A stretch of 64,000 bases of DNA from Gammaproteobacteria bacterium (lineage in GTDB: Bacteria; Pseudomonadota; Gammaproteobacteria; Eutrophobiales; Eutrophobiaceae). Position 1 is the stretch's first letter. Every line of letters begins with the position of its first letter. The stretch lies in contig OZ220696.1 of the NCBI GenBank assembly GCA_965116495.1, forward strand, positions 1,152,001 to 1,216,000, given 5' to 3'. The position numbers and the translations under genes were made by a program. Shown here piece after piece: positions 1-7,243 of the stretch. Under the pieces are notes generated by a model. That model ran no database searches. It saw nothing but the letters and a program-made list of their open reading frames with translations, and was not told where the DNA came from.

Positions 1-381
1 CGGGATACGAAATACCAGTTATACCGAAAGTTCATGGAAACGCCGTTAATCCGCCGCTTGTATACAAGCCTGCCCTACCGGATACGCATTCTTTTATCCC
101 GCGGCATGCAACCGCTGCTAAAGAAATCAGCGGCGGCAAAACCGCCGGAGATAATTGACGTCGACCAGGCTGCCGTGGAGGAGACCATGACGAGACACGG
201 AGCCACCGAACTGATACACGGTCATACCCACAAACCCGGCTTTCATAATTTTGACCTGGACGGACAACGTGCGTGCCGTATCGTACTCGGCGACTGGTAC
301 GAAGAGGATTCGGTACTGGTTTGCCGGAATGGCGAGAGAAACCTCGTCCGGGTACAGGAATACATCGAGTCTCAGGATTAA
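1..381 (+). CDS. lpxH: UDP-2,3-diacylglucosamine diphosphatase, 3' part (starts before the window)
   Basis: Frame open from base 1 (RDTKYQLYR...); IHGHTH and RIVLGDW motifs typical of the LpxH C-terminus. Confidence 0.85.
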   Translation, partial: RDTKYQLYRKFMETPLIRRLYTSLPYRIRILLSRGMQPLLKKSAAAKPPEIIDVDQAAVEETMTRHGATELIHGHTHKPGFHNFDLDGQRACRIVLGDWYEEDSVLVCRNGERNLVRVQEYIESQD

Positions 382-457
382 CGTTATTTATCCGCAGATT
401 ACCCGGGCGAACGCAGGTTTATTTTATTCATTATAGCTGCGGTAATTTGCGCATATA

Positions 458-1327
458 TCAGCTGATCCAACCGGCTATGGTCATCAAGCCCAACACGATC
501 AGCCATACGATCAAAGTACGCATGATCAAGGCCTGGATTTCCCTGAGCCTGGCGATAAACACCTCGTTATCCTCCTGCGTTTCCCCTCCGTTTTCGGGAT
601 CATAGTGGAGCGCGCCAAAGCCCGAGAGGGTAATCACCTCCCTGCTTGCATCCAGGGTACTGCCGGACACAGACCGCCAGCTTTCCAGGGCGCTCACCAG
701 ACTGCCGCCCAGGGCAAACCCCAGGGCCAGCAGGCGGGCGGACGGCCACATCAGCAGGTTATGCAGGTCTCTTACTGCGCCGGCATAGCCGCTGTCTATC
801 TTTTGATGCCTGGCCGCCAGGTTTACCACCAGGCAGTACATCAGAGCGCCTACCGCTCCCAACAGCAGGAACCAGAAGATAACGGCAAACAGGTATTCGT
901 GGGCGCGGAACATGATTGCGCTTATTACGCGGTCATTGTCTGTCTCACCGTCTGCAGCGTCGCCATACAGGATTTGATCCAGGATTTTTCGACAGGCGTT
1001 GTCGTCATTGCCCCCCAACGCATCGGCATAGCTGTTCACCAGCGAACCCAGCGCCGGACCGAAGCTGTAAATCAGTATCGGGAAAGAAAGTAAAAAACCC
1101 AGCACAAAATGTACTTTACCCGCCAGGTAAATCAGGATGCCCAGCAACCCCAGCGGGATAAACAGGGTCGCAACCAGGCCGCCTGCGCCGTCCCATAAGT
1201 GGTGATCCCCCAACCTGGCTTCAAGCCAGTTTCCGTAGCGTCCAAACCAGGCCAGGTTCCGGTACCTGTCGAAGTTACCCAGTCGGGCTTCCACGCCAAG
1301 TGCAAGCAATACCATAATCAGGTTCAT
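458..1327 (-). CDS. ampE: AmpE/CbiB-family membrane protein
   Basis: Hydrophobic 289 aa with FAVIFWF..G..GA and WPSARLLALGFALGG; lies directly downstream of ampD. Confidence 0.75.
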   Translation of the reverse strand: MNLIMVLLALGVEARLGNFDRYRNLAWFGRYGNWLEARLGDHHLWDGAGGLVATLFIPLGLLGILIYLAGKVHFVLGFLLSFPILIYSFGPALGSLVNSYADALGGNDDNACRKILDQILYGDAADGETDNDRVISAIMFRAHEYLFAVIFWFLLLGAVGALMYCLVVNLAARHQKIDSGYAGAVRDLHNLLMWPSARLLALGFALGGSLVSALESWRSVSGSTLDASREVITLSGFGALHYDPENGGETQEDNEVFIARLREIQALIMRTLIVWLIVLGLMTIAGWIS

Positions 1328-1388
1328 GTCAAAATGATAATGTATTTACGGTTGAAATACACGAGTATCGGTATTCATACGGAAACGG

Positions 1389-1952
1389 CTAATGCTCATT
1401 TATATCGAGTAACGAGTATAACCTGTCCCAGTCAAATGCCGGGCCGGGATCGGTTTTTCGTCCCGGGGAGATATGACTGTGACCCCTGATATTTGCGCCT
1501 GCAAGCTGCGGCCAGACCTGTTGCAGTTCTGTTATTACTTGCGCCAGCACTGCATACTGCACCGGTTCGTATGGCACATCATCGGCGCCTTCCAACTCGA
1601 TACCGATGGAAAAATCGTTACAGTGCTCCCGTCCGTTGAATTCAGATCGACCGGCGTGCCAGGCGCGCTTGTGAAACGGCACAAACTGTATGATCTCGCC
1701 GCTTCGTTCAATCAACAGGTGCGCAGACACCTCCAGGCCCCTGAGTTGCTCGAAATAAGGATGCGCATCAGGATTGAGCGTGTTGCAGAACAACTGCTCA
1801 ATACAGGACGTGCCGAACTCCCCCGGAGGCAGGCTGATAGCATGGATGACCAGCAGGCAAATATCGACCCCTTCCGGCCTGTCGTCAAAATTCGGTGACG
1901 CCATCCGCCGTACGTCTTTCAACCATTGCGCCTTGTCGTCAAGTTTTACCAT
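1389..1952 (-). CDS. ampD: 1,6-anhydro-N-acetylmuramyl-L-alanine amidase
   Basis: SPNFDDRP, VIHAISLPPG, VSAHLLI, RAWHAG, SIGIELEG, GHSHISPGRKTDPG motifs; ATG at 1952 preferred; divergent from nadC as in many Gammaproteobacteria. Confidence 0.93.
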   Translation of the reverse strand: MVKLDDKAQWLKDVRRMASPNFDDRPEGVDICLLVIHAISLPPGEFGTSCIEQLFCNTLNPDAHPYFEQLRGLEVSAHLLIERSGEIIQFVPFHKRAWHAGRSEFNGREHCNDFSIGIELEGADDVPYEPVQYAVLAQVITELQQVWPQLAGANIRGHSHISPGRKTDPGPAFDWDRLYSLLDINEH

Positions 1953-2049
1953 AGCAGAACAGTTTAATTCAGCATTATGCCCCCGAAACAACATTCAGTT
2001 TACTTAAATCCGTGGAATTAAGTAAACTGTCCCGCATCCATCAAATTCA

Positions 2050-2112
2050 GGACACCCATAAATTTGGGACACCCATAAATTTCTGCATTGCACAAATTTA
2101 TGGGTGTCCCAA
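2050..2112. repeat. REP-like repeat: two direct copies and one inverted copy of GGACACCCATAAATTT
   Basis: ggacacccataaattt occurs twice, then aaatttatgggtgtccc, in the ampD-nadC spacer. Confidence 0.8.
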
Positions 2113-2136
2113 ATTGACGATGTTTACTATTACAAA

Positions 2137-2988
2137 ATGACGACACCAGTTCTGCCTGCGGATATTGCCAGTACGGTGCGGCGTGCGCTGAATGAAGACC
2201 TGGGGACGGGTGATCTGACGGCGAAGTTGCTCCCGGAGGAGTCGGTCAGCGAGGCGGTGGTGGTCAGCCGCGAAGCTGCAACCCTGTGTGGCGCGCCCTG
2301 GTTCAACGAAGTATTCAGACAACTGGACGATGGCATAGACATCACCTGGCAGTGCCGCGACGGCGACCCCATCCGGCCCGGCCAGACCGTTTGCATCCTG
2401 TCAGGCCCGACCCGGACCCTGCTCAGCGGTGAACGGACCGCGTTGAATTTTCTTCAACTGCTATCGGGTACGGCAACCATCACCCGGGAACATGCATCGG
2501 TGCTGGAACACACGGCAACCAGGTTGCTGGACACGCGTAAAACCCTGCCCGGGTTACGCTCGGCACAAAAGTATGCGGTCGTGTGCGGTGGTGGAACAAA
2601 CCATCGTATGGGACTGTATGACGCGATACTGATCAAGGAAAACCACATCAGGGCGAGCGGTTCTGTCACGGCCGCGGTCGAGCAGGCCAAGGCAACACAA
2701 CGGCACATAGAGATCGAGGTAGAAAACGAAGCGGAACTTGAAGAAGCACTCGAGGCAGGGGCCGACACCGTACTGCTCGATAATTTTACCCTGGACCAAA
2801 TCAGGCGGGCCGTTCAACTGAATAACGGGCGGGCGCGTCTCGAGGTCTCCGGCAGCGTGGAAAAAAACAAGCTGGCGACCCTGGCAGCTACCGGTGTCGA
2901 CTTCATCTCTGTCGGCGCGCTGACCAAGAACCTCCGCTCGATTGATTTTTCCATGCTGCTGTCCGAACCGGACGTAAACCGGCCGTGA
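2137..2988 (+). CDS. nadC: Nicotinate-nucleotide diphosphorylase (carboxylating)
   Basis: ALNEDLG.GDLT, GERTALNFLQ, LDTRKTLPG, NHRMGLYDAILIKENH, LLDNF motifs. Confidence 0.95.
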   Translation: MTTPVLPADIASTVRRALNEDLGTGDLTAKLLPEESVSEAVVVSREAATLCGAPWFNEVFRQLDDGIDITWQCRDGDPIRPGQTVCILSGPTRTLLSGERTALNFLQLLSGTATITREHASVLEHTATRLLDTRKTLPGLRSAQKYAVVCGGGTNHRMGLYDAILIKENHIRASGSVTAAVEQAKATQRHIEIEVENEAELEEALEAGADTVLLDNFTLDQIRRAVQLNNGRARLEVSGSVEKNKLATLAATGVDFISVGALTKNLRSIDFSMLLSEPDVNRP

Positions 2989-4373
2989 GCCTGCGCTTCA
3001 GACTCAGCCTGCTGATTACCCTGCTGTTTATCGCCGTGCTGTGTGCCGGCAGTCTCTACGCCATTACCAGCGCGCGCAAAACCATAACCGAGGAAATACA
3101 ATCAGCGGCACTGCTGACATCCAATATGCTTGCCGCATCCATCTCCACCATACGCAGTTCGGGAGACCCGGGCCTGTATGATGATTTGTTGGCCGAACTG
3201 GGTAAACTGGAGACCACGCGCCACCTGCAAATCATCATTTCGCTTGATCTCGGCATAGGCTCCGCCCGCCCGCTGCTGCCGGCGACGTCCCTTGAAGCGG
3301 ATGCGCCGGGCTGGTTTATCAACCTGGTTGAACCGCCCGTGATGGAATTCAAGCGGGTGATCACCAGTATTGGCGCGTCAGGCACGGAGATCATCATCCG
3401 CGCCGACCCCTCCGCGGAAATAACCGAAGCATGGCTGGAGACCCGTAATTTTCTGCTGCTGCTGTTGTTGTTCACGGCGCTGGCGAACCTGTTGATTTTT
3501 GTCATGCTGGGCAGGGACCTGGCCCCCATTGAAGCTATCCTCTCCGGGTTGGAGAGAATAGAAAGGGGCGACTACCAGCTACGCCTGCCGAAATTCAACT
3601 CCGTGGAATTTTCCCGGATTTCCGCCCGTTTCAACCACCTGGCCGCGGTACTGTTGCAGAACCGGGAAGAGAACAGGCGTCTGAAGCGGCGCTCCCTGGA
3701 AATCCAGGAAGAAGAGAGGAGACGCCTCGCGCACGAGTTGCATGACGAACTGGGCCAGTCCCTGACAGCCATCAAGGCGATTGCCACAACCATGGAGCAG
3801 ACTGAAGACGAAACCGGCCAGACAGTGGTTGAACGTACCAGGATCATCAAGACCATTGCCGATGACATGTACGGGGTGGCGCGCGGCATGATACGTGAAC
3901 TGCGGCCGGCAGTTTTGGATGAACTGGGCCTGGTGCCGGCCCTGCAACAACTGGTGGACGACTGGAATTCGACTCACGCCGATACCTTTTGCCACCTGGA
4001 TATCAATGGGGACAGATCCAAGACTGCCGCTGTCGTGACGATCAATATCTACCGTATCATCCAGGAGAGCCTGACCAACGTTGCCCGCCACGCCGCAGCA
4101 AAAAATGTATATATTTCACTGGAAAACCAGCAGAGCAATAACGACACACTGGTGCTGAAAATCAAGGACGACGGCAAAGGATTTGACCTGGACAAAACCC
4201 GCAAAGGTATGGGCTTATCGGGCATCCAGGAAAGAGTGGACAGCATGGGGGGTGAGTTCCAGCTGGTTACAGGTGAGAATAAAGGTGTAAATATCACTAT
4301 AATCCTACCGGTACAACCGATTGAAACAACCGATGTCCAGGTGGAAAGTCCGGCAGATGAGATTGCCGGATGA
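2985..4373 (+). CDS. HAMP/HisKA_3 sensor histidine kinase (MxcQ/MoxY-like architecture)
   Basis: Two TM segments, HAMP region, EERRRLAHELHDELGQ H-box, QESLTNVARHA, DDGKGF, GMGLSGIQERV; GTGA overlap with nadC. Confidence 0.9.
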   Translation: MSLRFRLSLLITLLFIAVLCAGSLYAITSARKTITEEIQSAALLTSNMLAASISTIRSSGDPGLYDDLLAELGKLETTRHLQIIISLDLGIGSARPLLPATSLEADAPGWFINLVEPPVMEFKRVITSIGASGTEIIIRADPSAEITEAWLETRNFLLLLLLFTALANLLIFVMLGRDLAPIEAILSGLERIERGDYQLRLPKFNSVEFSRISARFNHLAAVLLQNREENRRLKRRSLEIQEEERRRLAHELHDELGQSLTAIKAIATTMEQTEDETGQTVVERTRIIKTIADDMYGVARGMIRELRPAVLDELGLVPALQQLVDDWNSTHADTFCHLDINGDRSKTAAVVTINIYRIIQESLTNVARHAAAKNVYISLENQQSNNDTLVLKIKDDGKGFDLDKTRKGMGLSGIQERVDSMGGEFQLVTGENKGVNITIILPVQPIETTDVQVESPADEIAG

Positions 4374-4472
4374 ACCATTCCGGCGGCTTGAACTCGCTAT
4401 GCAAGCTGACTGCCTGCAACTTCGGTGAGCGAGTTAAACATCCTATAGTGGTGGTGGCGAACTGGATTGGCT

Positions 4473-5123
4473 ATGCAGCACGAAAGTAAAAAAATCAGGA
4501 TCCTTCTGGTTGATGACCACGCGGTGGTACGCGCAGGCTATCAAATGCTGCTGAAGCAGTCGGACAAGACCGAGATCATCGCCGAGGCATCCAGCGGTGA
4601 ACAGGCCAGCAAACTGTTTACCGATCTTGATCCAGACGTGGTGGTCATGGACCTCTCGCTCCCCGGTATCAGCGGCCTTGAGGCAATCCAGCGCATCATC
4701 CGAAAAGATGCGAATGCAAAAATACTGGTGTTCAGTATGCATGAAGACACCGTGTTCGTAGACCAGGCACTGCGGGCCGGCGCCCGGGGCTACCTGACCA
4801 AGAGCAGCGCCCCGAAAACCCTGATCAAGGCCATCGAAGAAATTGCCCGGGGCGGGGTATATATCGATGACCGGGTGGTTCAACACCTGGCGTTCCAGAA
4901 GGCGCGCGGTGAAACCGGGCCATTTTCCGGCCTGTCTACCAGGGAATTTGAGATATTCTGCCTGCTGGCGGAGGGCCTGAATATCAACGAGATAGCCACC
5001 CGCCTCTCCATCGGCTATAAAACGGTTGCCAACTACAGTTCACAGATTAAAAACAAGCTGGAGGTCAATACCACCGCCGAACTGGCCCGGCTGGCAATAC
5101 GCCACAACATCCTGCAGGCTTGA
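4473..5123 (+). CDS. NarL/FixJ-family response regulator
   Basis: ILLVDDHAVVR receiver domain, VMDLSLPG, LuxR-type HTH (LSTREFEIFCLLAEG). Confidence 0.92.
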   Translation: MQHESKKIRILLVDDHAVVRAGYQMLLKQSDKTEIIAEASSGEQASKLFTDLDPDVVVMDLSLPGISGLEAIQRIIRKDANAKILVFSMHEDTVFVDQALRAGARGYLTKSSAPKTLIKAIEEIARGGVYIDDRVVQHLAFQKARGETGPFSGLSTREFEIFCLLAEGLNINEIATRLSIGYKTVANYSSQIKNKLEVNTTAELARLAIRHNILQA

Positions 5124-5234
5124 TATTGTGTCCCTCCGGGACATGTTCTTCACTGGATTTGCATCCTATGCTCCATTGACGGCGCATCCATGCGCCACTA
5201 CTCGGCCTGCGCCGGAATGACGAGGGGGTAAATC

Positions 5235-5342
5235 CGCCATGCCGGGCTTGACATCCCAAGTCGTCATGCCAGGCTTGACACCCTAAGTCGTTATGCCGAG
5301 GTTGACACCCCAAGTCGTCATGCCAGGCTTGACCCGGCATCC
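5235..5342. repeat. Four tandem 27-bp units derived from a GTCATGCC.GGCTTGAC REP-like element
   Basis: Units start at 5235, 5262, 5289 and 5316; the last ends in the complete hairpin atgccaggcttgacccggcat. Confidence 0.85.
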
Positions 5343-5378
5343 AGTAAAATACTGTATCGCCCGGAGGGCGACACCTTA

Positions 5379-6002
5379 TCAGAGCTTACTCTTCACCAGT
5401 TCATACACCGTTTCCGTGGCGATACCCGCGCCGGACACTACGAATTCCAGTTTCTTGCGCCGGTCGTTCACGAAATCACTATCCCTGATGCCGCCGATGT
5501 TGATGTAAACGTTCAAGGCCGCGCTACGCAGCGCGGCATGAGCGGCCAGTACGGCAACGCCGGCATCGCTGATCACGTTGAGGTTGCCTTTTTCCGCCAC
5601 CGGCCGGCATAACTCGATCACGTCCGCACAGAGTTGTGCGCACGCAAGAGGCACATCCGTGGCCTCTCTCAGGGCCGCCTGGATAGCCCGGGAACGCTGC
5701 TCCTTGTCCACTTCTGTCTCCCTGGCCATGCCGTAGGCCGCCATGACCTTGTCGAATACCTCGACGTCCGCTTGGATCATGCCGGTCAGCCGGGTACGCA
5801 GCGCTTCGGACTGTTCCAGGAATTCCTGCATCTCCGCATCGACGTCTTCGTATTTCTTTTTACCTACAGTAAGATTGGCCACCATACTGATCAACGCCGC
5901 CCCCATCGCTCCCATGATCGCCGCCGCGCTGCCGCCGCCGGGAGTGGATGCCTTTGAAGCAAGTTGATCGAGAAAAGTCTGTAACTGCTGTTCCGTGAAC
6001 AC
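5379..6002 (-). CDS. fchA: Methenyltetrahydrofolate cyclohydrolase (FTCD_C family)
   Basis: LASKASTPGGGSAAA, MVANLTVGKKKY, KGNLNVISDAGVAVL; closely resembles Methylorubrum Fch as I recall it; adjacent to mtdA. Confidence 0.88.
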   Translation of the reverse strand: MFTEQQLQTFLDQLASKASTPGGGSAAAIMGAMGAALISMVANLTVGKKKYEDVDAEMQEFLEQSEALRTRLTGMIQADVEVFDKVMAAYGMARETEVDKEQRSRAIQAALREATDVPLACAQLCADVIELCRPVAEKGNLNVISDAGVAVLAAHAALRSAALNVYINIGGIRDSDFVNDRRKKLEFVVSGAGIATETVYELVKSKL

Positions 6003-6077
6003 TGCGTACCCCTTTCTGGTTTAATTTATTGATTGGTTGTAGTAAGCTGCGCCGCTGATTATATACGAGGAGAGAAC

Positions 6078-6935
6078 ATGAAAAAACTACTGTTCCAACT
6101 GGATACCGACCCCCATGCCGCCGTATTCGACTCGGTGGTAGGCTTTGACGGCGGCGCCGACCACGTCATCGGCCATGGCGGTTGCACGCCTGAGAACGTG
6201 CGCGCACTGGTAGAAGGCGCCATATTCACCCGCAGCCCGAAAGAGAAGAAAAACACAGCCCTGTTTATCGGCGGCAGTGATATGGTCGCCGGTGAAAAAC
6301 TGCTTGATGCCGTGCAAAAGGGCTTCTTTGCCGATTTCCGCGTATCCGTCATGCTCGACAGTAACGGTAGTAACACCACGGCCGCGGCTGCCGTCGCCAA
6401 ACTCATGAGCAGCGGCGGCGTCAGCGGGAAGAAAGTGGTGATCCTGGGCGGAACAGGCCCGGTCGGCCAACGCGCCGCCGTCATGCTGACCCGGGAAGGC
6501 GCCGAAGTTGTATTATGTTCACGGGGCCAGGAACGCGCGCAATCTATCTGCGACGCAATCAAAGACCGCTTCGACGCAGATATCACGGCACTGGGGGCCG
6601 CCACCAACGAGGACCGCGCGCGGGCCGTTGAAGATGCACAGATCGTGATTGCAACAGGCGCTGCAGGTGTCCAGTTGCTTAACCGGGAGGCGTGGGAGAG
6701 CAACCCCGCTATCGAGATGCTCGCCGACGCCAATGCCACGCCGCCCCTGGGCATCGAAGGAGTCGACATGATGGACCGCGGCGAAGACCGTAACGGCAAG
6801 ACCTGCTGGGGCGCGATCGGTTTCGGTACCCTGAAACTCGCCCTGCACCGGGCCTGTATCGCAAAGCTGTTCGAAAGCAACGACCAGGTGTTCGACGCCG
6901 AAGAGATCTTCGCCCTTGCCAAGACGATGACTTAA
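6078..6935 (+). CDS. mtdA: NADP-dependent methylene-H4F/H4MPT dehydrogenase
   Basis: MKKLLFQLDTD, FRVSVMLDSNGSNTTAAA, GGTGPVG, LHRACIAKLFES match MtdA as I recall it; RBS gaggag before ATG 6078. Confidence 0.92.
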   Translation: MKKLLFQLDTDPHAAVFDSVVGFDGGADHVIGHGGCTPENVRALVEGAIFTRSPKEKKNTALFIGGSDMVAGEKLLDAVQKGFFADFRVSVMLDSNGSNTTAAAAVAKLMSSGGVSGKKVVILGGTGPVGQRAAVMLTREGAEVVLCSRGQERAQSICDAIKDRFDADITALGAATNEDRARAVEDAQIVIATGAAGVQLLNREAWESNPAIEMLADANATPPLGIEGVDMMDRGEDRNGKTCWGAIGFGTLKLALHRACIAKLFESNDQVFDAEEIFALAKTMT

Positions 6936-7002
6936 TCAGTCTGTCCGTTTTTCCCGAATCAGTCTGCCCGTCTTTCCTGAATCAGTCTGTTCGTCTTTCC
7001 TG
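6934..7002. repeat. Three tandem 23-bp repeats (AATCAGTCTGYYCGTYTTTCCYG)
   Basis: Units at 6934, 6957 and 6980, immediately after the mtdA stop. Confidence 0.85.
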
Positions 7003-7110
7003 CGCAAGCAGGAATCCAGATGTACAATGAGTCGCCCTCTGGGCGGCATAGTATATTACCGGGTTCCTGTTTGCACAGGAACGACATGCGCCAAGGAATG
7101 ACGAGCATTT

Positions 7111-7123
7111 GGGAAAAATTCCC
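7111..7123. promoter_or_regulatory. Palindrome GGGAAAAATTCCC, candidate regulator site upstream of the TonB receptor
   Basis: GGGAA-N3-TTCCC about 120 bp before the ATG; function inferred only. Confidence 0.35.
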
Positions 7124-7243
7124 GGCCATTTATTCCCTTTTGTCTGTTTTTTCTTGCCGATCAAATAGCTACATTGCACTTTCCAGACGTGCATAAGCAC
7201 ACTGGACCATGAGCTGCAGAAAAAACCCGGTAAATTTTATCCA

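Noticed and set aside
385-455. Degenerate CCGCAGATTAC-type inverted repeat between lpxH and ampE
   Set aside because: Too degenerate to call confidently as a repeat or terminator
5235-5342. Possible mini-CRISPR array
   Set aside because: The segments between repeats are about 9 nt and nearly identical, so there are no unique spacers; no cas genes
6059-6922. 287-aa minus-strand ORF
   Set aside because: Antisense shadow of mtdA
6934-7002. Possible CRISPR or iteron array
   Set aside because: Contiguous repeats with no spacers and no rep or cas gene nearby
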